Shown here: positions 6,108-14,753 of the stretch, one piece after another
Layout: every line of letters starts with the position of its first letter
Position numbering within the stretch: position 1 is the first letter of the stretch
Origin: an uncultured Candidatus Bathyarchaeia archaeon
GTDB lineage: Archaea > Thermoproteota > Bathyarchaeia > Bathyarchaeales > Bathycorpusculaceae
Direction: 5' to 3'
Length of the DNA: 20,978 nucleotides
NCBI GenBank assembly: GCA_964450845.1
Contig: CAYVGZ010000020.1
Span: 1 to 20,978 of the forward strand
Notes under the pieces: generated by a model
Seen by the model: only the letters and a program-made list of their open reading frames with translations
Told to the model about the DNA's origin: nothing
Database searches by the model: none
Translations under genes and position numbers: made by a program

Positions 6108-7522
6108 TTTATGTACACTCCTCTAAGCCTAATACATGGACCACCAGTAGAAACAGGAACGCCTTGCATAGGATCACCTTTTCCGCAGGTTGCAGCATCA
6201 AATTTAATATTTTTAGAAACTGCGTCCACTGCTGTCCAAAACTTTTGAGTCGTGGTCTCGATTATTGGTCTCGCAACAGGATGTTTCAATTCTCCATTTT
6301 CTATCAGGTAAGCTTCTCTGCCAACGTAACGTTGGTTGAAACGTTTATCATCTATGTTCCATTCTGTGAACGATTTCATGTAAACCCCGTTCTTAACGCC
6401 TTCAATGAGCTCCTCTTCCGCCGTTTCGCCTGGTAAAACAAATGTGTTAGCCATGCGAACAATTGCTTCTCTGTCGTAGTTGACTGACCTTGAAGAAGCG
6501 TTACTCTTTGTTCCCAGTTTTGCAGCAGTTTCTCTATTGTGCAAGAACTCGTTTATTACACCATTTTTGTACATGTATCTGCGCCTTGCCTTAACACCCT
6601 CATCGTCATAAGCGTAATAGCCGTAACTGTGCTCTATTGTAGGATCATCAACTACCGTTACAACATCGCTTCCAATCTTTGTGCCAATCCAATAGGGACC
6701 GCCTTTGAATATGAAAGATCTTCCAGCTTGACTCATTTCTCGCCCTAAGATTCTATCAGCTTCCATTGGATGACCGCAAGATTCATGCGCTGCTATTCCT
6801 GTGACCTCAGAACCGCAAATGAGATCCATGGTTCCAGGTTTTATGGCTTTTCCCTTCGTTATGACATCCTTAAGAACCTTGGCGTTGTGAATCATTTTTT
6901 CGGTGGCGTTCCATTCTTGAAATGCTTCCCATCCGCCGCTATAACCAAATTGCTCGTAGGCTTGCTCGGTTTTTCCTTGCTCAGCAACTGTGATAAAGAC
7001 GAAAGCGGCTATTTTTGGGACAAATGAAGAAATGCGGGAACCTTCAGAGTTGACATAATATTTTGATGTTAAATCTGTTGAACACGAAGATGTTGTTGCA
7101 GCGATGTTTACTCCACATGAAGCCAAGGACTTGTCAATTTCCACAAATTTTGATATTTTTTCTTCGGGTGAAACGTTCTCTATTTTTTCTTTCTGATTGA
7201 CAGTCCACTTTGTTTCAATCCCTTTTTCTTCAGCAAACCTTATTTTGTCTTTTCTATTGGCTGCCTTAGCGTACTTGAACGCTAAATCCACTATTTCTTT
7301 TGCCTCTTCCTTTGTCCATTTGTTGGTTGAAGCAAAGCCTATTCCACCGTTGGCTATAACTCGCACACAGAACCCGCTGTCAACCGCAGACGCATAAGTC
7401 TCTAGAATACCACTTCTTAGTAAAAGCCTCTCTTGGATTTGGTTCTGCGCTCTCACTTCTGCATATTCAACGTTTTTGCTTTTCGCGTACTCCAAAGTAT
7501 AATCGACAATGTCTTCTTCCAT
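6104..7522 (-). CDS. tldD: TldD metalloprotease subunit
   Basis: HESCGHPMEADR zinc motif (HExxGH), YDDEGV, MANTF, C-terminal CGKG..Q.VPVSTGGP. RBS GGTGA. Confidence 0.92.
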   Translation of the reverse strand: MEEDIVDYTLEYAKSKNVEYAEVRAQNQIQERLLLRSGILETYASAVDSGFCVRVIANGGIGFASTNKWTKEEAKEIVDLAFKYAKAANRKDKIRFAEEKGIETKWTVNQKEKIENVSPEEKISKFVEIDKSLASCGVNIAATTSSCSTDLTSKYYVNSEGSRISSFVPKIAAFVFITVAEQGKTEQAYEQFGYSGGWEAFQEWNATEKMIHNAKVLKDVITKGKAIKPGTMDLICGSEVTGIAAHESCGHPMEADRILGREMSQAGRSFIFKGGPYWIGTKIGSDVVTVVDDPTIEHSYGYYAYDDEGVKARRRYMYKNGVINEFLHNRETAAKLGTKSNASSRSVNYDREAIVRMANTFVLPGETAEEELIEGVKNGVYMKSFTEWNIDDKRFNQRYVGREAYLIENGELKHPVARPIIETTTQKFWTAVDAVSKNIKFDAATCGKGDPMQGVPVSTGGPCIRLRGVYIK

Positions 7523-7629
7523 CTCTATTTCACCCTTTTAGAAGTTACAGTTGCATGAAACAAAAGATAAAACCTTTTAGGTTAAAGCTGAGATTTTCAA
7601 TGAAGCCCAAACAACAGAGGAGAAACCCG

Positions 7630-8778
7630 TTGAAAAAGTTTCCAGAGGTAAACACATACTTTTGGCAAGGAAGCGAAGCATGCGCTGAAGCAGCACTAGC
7701 CACAGGATGCCGATTCTTTGCTGGATATCCAATAACACCCGCAAGCGAAATAGCAGAATGCCTCTCGAAAAGGCTTCCACAAGTTGGAGGAATAGCCATT
7801 CAAATGGAAGACGAATTGGCTTCTATAGGGGCAGTTGTAGGCGCAAGTTGGACAGGCAATAAAGCAATGACCGCCACTTCTGGACCAGGTTTTGACCTAA
7901 TGCAAGAAACCATAGGCTGGGCATTTATGACAGAAACTCCATGCGTCATAGTTGACGTCCAAAGGACAGGCCCAAGCACAGGCCAAGCAACCAAATGCGG
8001 ACAAGGCGACGTCATGCAGTCACGATGGGGCACTCACGGTGATTATTCAGCAGTTGTCCTCTCGCCGAATTCCGTACAGGAAATGTTCGAATTAACAATC
8101 AGAGCATTTAACCTAGCCGAAAAATATCGCACGCCAGTTATACTTTTGGCAGACGAAGTCGTCGCACATATGAGAGAAAGAATAATCGTGCCTTCGTCAG
8201 AAAGTATAGAGATAATCAATAGAAGAAAACCAAAATCAGGTGAAAAAGCATTTTTTGGTTTGGAAGAAATCCCGCCGATGCCATCTGTTGGTGAAGGATT
8301 CAACATAGCTGTTACAGGATCAACGCATAACGAATATGGGATACGTTTCACAGCAGACCCTATAGTACATAGGCAACTTGTAGAGAGACTCAATAACAAA
8401 ATACAGAAGCATGCAGAAGAAATAGCTGAAGTGGAAACTTACAATATTGATGACTGCCAAATAGGCATTATTTCCTTCGGCTGTACTTCACGAGCAATCT
8501 ATGAAGCTGTTGAAATTGCAGAAGCAAAAGGAATAAAGGTGGGATACGTCCGCCTAAAAACCATCTGGCCTTTTCCAGAAAAAACTGTTAGGCAACTGGC
8601 GGAAACAGCAGAGAAGATTATTGTTCCTGAAATGAATCTGAAACAAATATTCTACGAAGTTCAGCGAGTTACAAACGGCTTGACAGAAGTGATTCCCCTC
8701 AACAAGATTGGTGGCGGAGAATTAATTACTCCGGAAGAATTGTTTGAAAAAATTCAGGGAAGTACCAGAAATGAGTGA
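7630..8778 (+). CDS. korA: 2-oxoacid:ferredoxin oxidoreductase alpha subunit
   Basis: FFAGYPITP, QMEDE, TATSGPGF, VDVQRTGPSTG motifs. Start refined to TTG 7630 (GAGGAG upstream); the track gives 7555. Substrate specificity is not determinable. Confidence 0.92.
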   Translation: MKKFPEVNTYFWQGSEACAEAALATGCRFFAGYPITPASEIAECLSKRLPQVGGIAIQMEDELASIGAVVGASWTGNKAMTATSGPGFDLMQETIGWAFMTETPCVIVDVQRTGPSTGQATKCGQGDVMQSRWGTHGDYSAVVLSPNSVQEMFELTIRAFNLAEKYRTPVILLADEVVAHMRERIIVPSSESIEIINRRKPKSGEKAFFGLEEIPPMPSVGEGFNIAVTGSTHNEYGIRFTADPIVHRQLVERLNNKIQKHAEEIAEVETYNIDDCQIGIISFGCTSRAIYEAVEIAEAKGIKVGYVRLKTIWPFPEKTVRQLAETAEKIIVPEMNLKQIFYEVQRVTNGLTEVIPLNKIGGGELITPEELFEKIQGSTRNE

Positions 8779-9604
8779 AACCTTTTCTATTCGACAATAT
8801 TTAAGACCCATACCCTTGCCTTTCTGTCCAGGTTGCGGTGGACTAACAGTTATGAGTGAATTTCTAAGGGCAGTTCACGAATTAGGCCACGAAAATCTGA
8901 ACAATTTTGTTTTCTGTAGTGGAATTGGCTGCTCCTCATGGATTCCATCACCACATTTTATGGCAGACTCTGTTCATACTCTGCATGGAAGAAGCATACC
9001 TGTGGCAACCGGAATTAAACTTCTGCGCCCAGGTTTGGATGTTGTTGTTTTCGGGGGAGACGGTGACATTGTTGGAATAGGTTTAAGCCACTTCATACAC
9101 GCAGCGAGGAGAAACTTGGACATTTTAGTTATAATGGTTAACAATATGGTTTACGGAATGACTGGTGGACAAGTTGCCCCAACAACACCATTTGAAGCAA
9201 AAACAACAACAACACCATACGGAAGCTTTGAACATCCATTAGACGCTGCGAAACTAGCTGTTGCAGCAGGAGCCTGTTATGTTTCACGTTGGACAACAGC
9301 TCACCCAAACGAACTCAAAAATTCCATAAAAAAGGCACTAAAAATACAGGGCTTCAGATTTGTAGAAGCTGTAAGCCAATGCCCAACAGCCTTCGGAAGA
9401 AGAGTGGGGCTAAAAGACGCTGGAGAAATGTTGAAATGGCTCAAAGAAAACGCCATTACAGTTAAGCAAGCAGAAAACTTGAACGAAGAAGATTTAACGG
9501 GAAAAATCGTTGTAGGCGAATTTGTCCAGAGACAGCGACCCACACTCGCAGAAGCCATATACAAAATAATTAGGGAGGCACAGAAAAAAGTTGAACAAAA
9601 CTGA
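8771..9604 (+). CDS. korB: 2-oxoacid:ferredoxin oxidoreductase beta subunit
   Basis: FCPGCG, SGIGCS, HTLHGR, TPP motif GDGD-X-NN (GDGDIVGIG...MVNNMVYGMTGGQ), SQCPT. Start refined to ATG 8771. Confidence 0.92.
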   Translation: MSETFSIRQYLRPIPLPFCPGCGGLTVMSEFLRAVHELGHENLNNFVFCSGIGCSSWIPSPHFMADSVHTLHGRSIPVATGIKLLRPGLDVVVFGGDGDIVGIGLSHFIHAARRNLDILVIMVNNMVYGMTGGQVAPTTPFEAKTTTTPYGSFEHPLDAAKLAVAAGACYVSRWTTAHPNELKNSIKKALKIQGFRFVEAVSQCPTAFGRRVGLKDAGEMLKWLKENAITVKQAENLNEEDLTGKIVVGEFVQRQRPTLAEAIYKIIREAQKKVEQN

Positions 9605-10133
9605 AGTGAGAATAAGTGGACTCGGCGGACAAGGCGTAGTTTTAGCAGGGCAAATATTAGGCAGAGCAGCAGTCTACGATGGAAAAAACGTTGTTCAAAC
9701 CCAAAGTTACGGAGCCGAAGCAAGAGGAAGTGCAGCTAAAAGCGAAGTAATAATATCAGAAGGCAAGATAGGTTTTCCAGCAGTCAGAAAATGCGACATA
9801 TTAATTGCGATGAACCAAAATGCTCTTGATAGACACTTTAAGGATTTGAAAGAAGACGGCGTACTGATAATTGATAGCACCGATCTAAACAAGATCCCGA
9901 GGACTAAAGCAAAAATATTCAAGTTTCCAGCAACAGAAATTGCCGAAAAAACGTTTGGAGCAAAAATCTATGCAAACATGTTTATGCTTGGTGCATTAAC
10001 GAAAATAACAAATATAGTGAGTGAAAAAGCCATAGAGAGAGCGATAGAAGATACAATTGGAAAAAAAGCCACAGATACAAATAGGCAAGCCTATAAAAAG
10101 GGGCAAGAGCTAATCCAAAAAGCCGTTCCATAG
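9591..10133 (+). CDS. korC: 2-oxoacid:ferredoxin oxidoreductase gamma subunit
   Basis: EVRISGLGGQGVVLAG, QTQSYGAEARGSAAKSEV, NMFMLGAL. TTG start overlaps the korB end. Confidence 0.92.
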   Translation: MNKTEVRISGLGGQGVVLAGQILGRAAVYDGKNVVQTQSYGAEARGSAAKSEVIISEGKIGFPAVRKCDILIAMNQNALDRHFKDLKEDGVLIIDSTDLNKIPRTKAKIFKFPATEIAEKTFGAKIYANMFMLGALTKITNIVSEKAIERAIEDTIGKKATDTNRQAYKKGQELIQKAVP

Positions 10134-10233
10134 AATCATCCAAGTGACGCACATAGAAACATGTGCCATAAACAGTTTCTTAAGGTATAACCAAGGCAAT
10201 ATGCAAGAACAAAATTTCTGCCGAAATGCAGCA

Positions 10234-11985
10234 TTATCTCTCTTCGATTGCCTTGATCTTTATTGTTGGACTTGCATGCACACGTTTTGACAAGTAAAAA
10301 GTCACAATTATGAAGATTGCTGTTGTGGCTATAAATATGTATACCAAGTTTCGAATATTTTCTATTTGCTCAGAATAATCTAACAGATGCTCCTGATAGG
10401 AATTGTTCAACTCGTCGAAGCTTAGTTTGAGCTGGTTATAATCAACTAAAAGGGTGGCATAGTTATTAATAAGAACGGCGTACGTTTGGTTCAAGCTATA
10501 AAGCGTCTGATAGGACACGTTCAATTCTTCAAGATTTTTCTGAAGCAGACTGTAATTACCTAAAAGAACGCTATAGTTGTCGCTAAGGCTATTATACATC
10601 TCATTCAAAATATCCAAATCAAACTGCAAAGCTGTGAAGTCAGCTAGAAGCCCTTGATACGCATCATTCAAGTTAGAGAACGATTGGTTTAGCGTGTTAT
10701 ACATACCAAGCAATTCATAGTATTGACGCAACGATGCAGAAGAGATTATTGTGACAACGCAATTATGTGAATAAGTGAAATATAAGCAAGCGAATGTCTC
10801 GTTTGAAGCATCAAACTCAGTTGGATCAGCCTCCTCATTATCGACTAATATGATATTCGGATGTTCCATTAACGCTGCAGGAATTTTGATTCTGCAGAAA
10901 CCAACTGCCCCATTTACAAGGGAGATATTAAAACTTATTATTTTGTTGCCCGTTTCTTTGCCAACTTGAAACTTAAAATCAGAAATTGTTGAATTGCTAA
11001 TAGTAGTAACACTATACTTTTCGTTTTCCCAAACGATTTTGAAATCAGAGAATGGTCCCATTAGAGGATAGTTATCTTGAACGTACGAGTTCATAGTGTA
11101 AGGAGTGTCTCCAATTCCATCTCCACCAAGGTCTTGCCCTTCGTAATCGTTCCAGTAGTTGCCTTCACCTTCATAATCCCAAACATTCATAGCATCACTT
11201 TCGACATTCTTTGTATTGTTAACGTTGTTGTGATAGAAAGTGTTATTGGCACTATCGAAGGAACAATACATTCCAACGTTTAAGTTGGCTGACACGTTAT
11301 TACCAGAAATTACGTTCTTGCTAGAAGAGTACAGATGAAATCCGTTATAGTTAGAGTATATGATGTTGTCTGAAACCATATTGCCATCAGAAGAATAGAG
11401 ATAGACTCCGTATTGGTTAGAGGAAAAAATGTTACTTGCAATCACGTTGTTGCTAGAAGAATAAAGAACGACTCCACTGTAGGAGTAGGTGGATATGACG
11501 TTACTTGAAATCGTAATGTTGCTTGAATAATATAGGCTGATTCCATCGTTGGTGGGGCTTAAGATCTTATTGTCGCTTATATCGCTGCCTACAGAATGGT
11601 CTACGAATATACCGCTGTCGTATGGGTTCACACCACTATTTCTTATAGTGAAGCCATTAATGTTTACATAGCTAACATTTATGTAAATAACAGTGCCAGT
11701 TCCTTCGGATCCTTTGCCATCAATGATGGTTAAGTTCACATCTTCTCCAATGAGTGACACAGTCTTGTTAACAACAACATTCTCAGTGTATATTCCTTTT
11801 TCCACAAAAATAGTACATCCTGAGCTTGCGTTATTTATGGCGTCTTGGATTGTTGGATAATCCGTTGGAACATAGATTATGCAAGTACTTGCTTTTACAG
11901 GGATTTTACATTTCGTTAAAAACATAAGAGACAACAAACAAACGATAGTTAATAAAACCAAAACTGTTTTCTTCAATTTAATCAC
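10234..11985 (-). CDS. Membrane-anchored surface protein: signal peptide, NosD/PbH1-type right-handed beta-helix, beta-rich domain, coiled-coil stalk, C-terminal TM
   Basis: Basic-hydrophobic N-terminus; VPTDYPTIQDAINNA; repeated G..LY.SSNN.I..N units; YWNDY.G.D..GDGIGDTPY; Leu/Tyr heptads; LVYIFIATTAIFIIVTFYL followed by a basic tail. Confidence 0.85.
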   Translation of the reverse strand: MIKLKKTVLVLLTIVCLLSLMFLTKCKIPVKASTCIIYVPTDYPTIQDAINNASSGCTIFVEKGIYTENVVVNKTVSLIGEDVNLTIIDGKGSEGTGTVIYINVSYVNINGFTIRNSGVNPYDSGIFVDHSVGSDISDNKILSPTNDGISLYYSSNITISSNVISTYSYSGVVLYSSSNNVIASNIFSSNQYGVYLYSSDGNMVSDNIIYSNYNGFHLYSSSKNVISGNNVSANLNVGMYCSFDSANNTFYHNNVNNTKNVESDAMNVWDYEGEGNYWNDYEGQDLGGDGIGDTPYTMNSYVQDNYPLMGPFSDFKIVWENEKYSVTTISNSTISDFKFQVGKETGNKIISFNISLVNGAVGFCRIKIPAALMEHPNIILVDNEEADPTEFDASNETFACLYFTYSHNCVVTIISSASLRQYYELLGMYNTLNQSFSNLNDAYQGLLADFTALQFDLDILNEMYNSLSDNYSVLLGNYSLLQKNLEELNVSYQTLYSLNQTYAVLINNYATLLVDYNQLKLSFDELNNSYQEHLLDYSEQIENIRNLVYIFIATTAIFIIVTFYLSKRVHASPTIKIKAIEER

Positions 11986-12037
11986 GTTTTCTTTTGTTAG
12001 ATTATAGAATTATTAAACGTTATGGGATGCGAAACAA

Positions 12038-12649
12038 TCAGCTCCGTGAGAGCATTTTCCCTAATATAATAGAACAAGCAACCGAAATGGAAAAGGCAAA
12101 AATGAAAATGATTGGATTAATAGTGGATTGCACGAGAGACCATACACCTGCTACGTATGATGCAACTGCCATCAAAACCAGTATGCAAATTTTGATAATA
12201 TTATTGCGTAGTTTAGCTGCGGATGTTTCTTTTTGGCTGGATATAGAGTGCAACATATTTTTTGCTTCTTTTATTTCCTCGTCTGTCGCAAGAATTACAA
12301 GATTTTTGTCAACATCTTGGAACTTGAAACTTGAAAGCGCATATCGCTGTAGATCCCAAGGTTTCTTCTTTGGCAAGATCCTAACAATATCGCTCTTTTC
12401 CATTTTTTTTAAAATTGTCTGAATTTTACGAATAAACTGTACGTCATTTGTCCTTTCTTCCCCGAATAATCTTTGTGTTAGGTTTTTGACGTCTGGAAAA
12501 TGCAGTTCCAATTGAAATGACGCAATTGCCTTGGCAAGATTATACTGATATTCGCCTTCTCGCAAACGTATATTGCTTACTTTATAGTTGGCATTCATAG
12601 TTTCTTCTAAAAATCGTATTTCACTCGGCGTTAGTCTACTTTGAGACAA
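12038..12649 (-). CDS. Putative membrane-tethered winged-helix protein (two C-terminal TM helices)
   Basis: PDVKNLTQRLF...FIRKIQTILKKMEKSDIVRILPKKKPWDLQRYALS resembles an HTH plus wing; two hydrophobic segments at the C-terminus. Start refined to TTG 12649 (GGAG upstream); the track gives 12688. Confidence 0.6.
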   Translation of the reverse strand: MSQSRLTPSEIRFLEETMNANYKVSNIRLREGEYQYNLAKAIASFQLELHFPDVKNLTQRLFGEERTNDVQFIRKIQTILKKMEKSDIVRILPKKKPWDLQRYALSSFKFQDVDKNLVILATDEEIKEAKNMLHSISSQKETSAAKLRNNIIKICILVLMAVASYVAGVWSLVQSTINPIIFIFAFSISVACSIILGKMLSRS

Positions 12650-12785
12650 GCTGTCTTCTCCATTCAATAGTGTCAATTGAAAATACATAAATGCTTCCGT
12701 TTTAACCTTTTACTTTTTCAATAAAGTCTACGGAAAAAACCCGTAATTTATTCAACGTTCACATTATAATAGGAGGAGGACGGTC

Positions 12786-13232
12786 ATGGCAAATTACATC
12801 AAAGGAATCGGTTTAAGTCGTCCGTTTCTGAGTGAGAAATGCAAGACTACTAAATTTCCCAATTTGCACAAGAAATATAGAAGTCACTTCGAGATCTTAG
12901 CTTTGGTGCTTGAGGCTATAAATCACAACGGGGCATCTCCATCGTCTATTGTGAGATACACGGGAATGAACTACAAGCAGCTTAAGAAATACCTAGGATC
13001 TCTTACCGACATCGGTTTTGTTGATGCGAATGCTATCGACGGCCAGATTTCATATAGGGTTAATGAAAAAGGACTAGCCTTTCTGAGACAGTATTATGTT
13101 TTACTGATGATGCTGTTAGGTGTATGCACAGAAAACAACCAATTAACATTGTTTATGAACATGAACAAGAACCTTGCAAACAAAAGCGTTCGTCAATATG
13201 CTTTGCAACATGATTTGCAACGCATGCCATGA
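12786..13232 (+). CDS. Winged helix-turn-helix transcriptional regulator (archaeal, HTH_45-like)
   Basis: YRSHFEILALVLEAI...IVRYTGMNYKQLKKYLGSLTDIGFV...YRVNEKGLAFLRQY. Strong RBS AGGAGGAGG upstream. Confidence 0.8.
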   Translation: MANYIKGIGLSRPFLSEKCKTTKFPNLHKKYRSHFEILALVLEAINHNGASPSSIVRYTGMNYKQLKKYLGSLTDIGFVDANAIDGQISYRVNEKGLAFLRQYYVLLMMLLGVCTENNQLTLFMNMNKNLANKSVRQYALQHDLQRMP

Positions 13233-13245
13233 TTAATGAAATACG

Positions 13246-13329
13246 GCGGAAAGGCAAGCGGAATGGTAGATTTCATGCTTTTGTTTCTCCGTTCTCTCTC
13301 GGCTCTTAAGCATGTTCCGCTTGCCCCGC
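13246..13329. other. Long bulged hairpin in intergenic DNA (candidate structured RNA or terminator-like element)
   Basis: GGCAAGCGGAA 13253-13263 pairs with TTCCGCTTGCC 13315-13325; CATGCTT 13274-13280 pairs with AAGCATG 13308-13314; outer GCGG/CCGC pair. 10-nt bulge and 27-nt pyrimidine-rich loop. Confidence 0.6.
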
Positions 13330-13536
13330 AAATGGAAAAGATTAAATCAAAAATAATCAAGTCCATAATGCTTTTTTACAAGCTCGGGACTTTTTGAAAA
13401 CGCATTTTTACTTAAAGCCGTTTCTTCAGCTTTTAATAAGAACTTAAACCCGATTGACGAATATATGATGGCAACACGTAGATATTTAACTGAAGCGCGA
13501 AACCATTTCATAAAATCAGTCACAATATTTAAGGAA

Positions 13537-13583
13537 AACCGTTACTTCAATAAAACTTGAAAACGGTTAATGCACTTTATAAG
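13537..13583 (+). promoter_or_regulatory. Nested inverted repeat immediately upstream of the purM TATA box
   Basis: AACCGTT-ac-TTCAA-taaaac-TTGAA-AACGGTT at 13537-13568. TTTATAAG at 13576-13583. Confidence 0.5.
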
Positions 13584-13616
13584 GGAATAATTAACCACTA
13601 AATGTGGGGGAAATCG

Positions 13617-14696
13617 TTGACTCGAAAAGTTACCTATGCAAATGCTGGTGTTGATCGAGAGTTAAGGGCTGCATCTAAAAAGGCTCTTCATATTTTGAAG
13701 GAAACTTACAAGTTTAGTTACTGTGGTGAAGTTATTCAGCTTCCTTATGGGAATATTTTTGCTTTTGAGAAAAATCGTTATTTGGATTTGGTGATTGAAG
13801 GTGTAGGTACAAAGGTTCTTGTTGCGCAGTTAGCTGAAAAATATGACACGATAGGGATTGATGGGGTGGCGCTGGCTGTTAATGATGTTATAAGGTCTGG
13901 CGCCAAGCCTTTAGCGATTGCAGATAATATTCATGCACAAATTTCAGACCCCGTCTTGGTTGGGGAATGGATGAAGGGCATAGTGAAAGGGGCAGTTGAA
14001 TCTGAATGTGTTGTGCCAAGCGGGGAAATAGGCGACGTAGCAGAAGTGATAAAGGGTTTAGTAGAGGGCAAAGGCTTTGACATGATCGTTGCGACAATAG
14101 GTGAAGTTACTGGGGACAAAATAATTTTTGGAAGAGACATAGAAGCTGGCGATGTTGTAATAGGCTTGCGGAGCTCTGGAATCCACAGCAACGGCGTATC
14201 CCTAGCAAGAAAAATCCTCTTCAAAAAATGGGGTGGAAAATACGAGCCTTATGATATTCCTGATGGGTTGAACAGGGAAATAGTATATGAAGTTTTGGAG
14301 CCGATGAGGATATATGTTAAGCCGCTGCTTGCCGTTGCGGACGAGCTTAAAGTTAAGGCTGCAGTGCACATTACTGGTGATGCATATTTGAAGTTTGACA
14401 ATTTAACACGGTTTTCTAAAGGTATAGGTTTTGAATTTGACAATTTCAATCCACAGCCTATCTTTGAATTGGTTCAGAAAACTGCTTCTGAACTCGGCGG
14501 CGAGATAATTGACGAGGAAATGTTTAAGACGTTTAATATGGGATGGGGCTTCGCAGTGATAGTGGACAAGGCAGTGAGAGACAAAGCAATAGATGTTTTC
14601 GGAAAAACTGGGGTGCAAGCTGAACAAATAGGCGTTGTAACGGATTCTGAAGGAATTAAGATTCATTATAAAAACAGGAAAATCATTTTGAAATAG
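13617..14696 (+). CDS. purM: Phosphoribosylformylglycinamidine cyclo-ligase (AIR synthetase)
   Basis: TYANAGVD, GVGTK, VNDV, GIHSNGVSLARK, VHITG, MFKTFNMGWG; next to purS/L/Q. Start refined to TTG 13617. Confidence 0.9.
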   Translation: MTRKVTYANAGVDRELRAASKKALHILKETYKFSYCGEVIQLPYGNIFAFEKNRYLDLVIEGVGTKVLVAQLAEKYDTIGIDGVALAVNDVIRSGAKPLAIADNIHAQISDPVLVGEWMKGIVKGAVESECVVPSGEIGDVAEVIKGLVEGKGFDMIVATIGEVTGDKIIFGRDIEAGDVVIGLRSSGIHSNGVSLARKILFKKWGGKYEPYDIPDGLNREIVYEVLEPMRIYVKPLLAVADELKVKAAVHITGDAYLKFDNLTRFSKGIGFEFDNFNPQPIFELVQKTASELGGEIIDEEMFKTFNMGWGFAVIVDKAVRDKAIDVFGKTGVQAEQIGVVTDSEGIKIHYKNRKIILK

Positions 14697-14716
14697 CAGT
14701 TTGCTTTGTTACTGAT

Positions 14717-14731
14717 GAAAGTGTTTAAATT
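14717..14731 (+). promoter_or_regulatory. BRE/TATA-like element before purS (possible leaderless internal promoter)
   Basis: Purine-rich GAAAGTG followed by TTTAAAT at 14724-14730; ATG at 14754. Confidence 0.4.
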
Positions 14732-14753
14732 TCTTAAAACTTAGACTTAACCT

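Noticed and set aside
4782-10133. Numerous 60-140 aa ORFs overlapping pmbA, tldD and korABC, and likewise within the pur, pfkB, ftr and ehaR-like genes
   Set aside because: Alternative-frame or antisense ORFs fully inside well-supported genes.
11220-11600. Periodic repeats in the surface protein gene as a possible CRISPR or tandem repeat
   Set aside because: Periodicity is at the protein level (PbH1 beta-helix turns); there are no identical nucleotide repeats with spacers. No CRISPR array anywhere in the window.
11994-12422. 142-aa plus-strand ORF
   Set aside because: Antisense to the membrane-tethered wHTH gene.
13340-13560. Short ORFs on both strands in the gap before purM (about 54 aa minus, 31 aa plus)
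   Set aside because: They are mutual antisense frames with no RBS or recognisable motif; not supportable.
14712-14720. CTGATGA..GAAA resembling a hammerhead core or C/D box
   Set aside because: No flanking helices or partner box; it overlaps the probable purS BRE/TATA.
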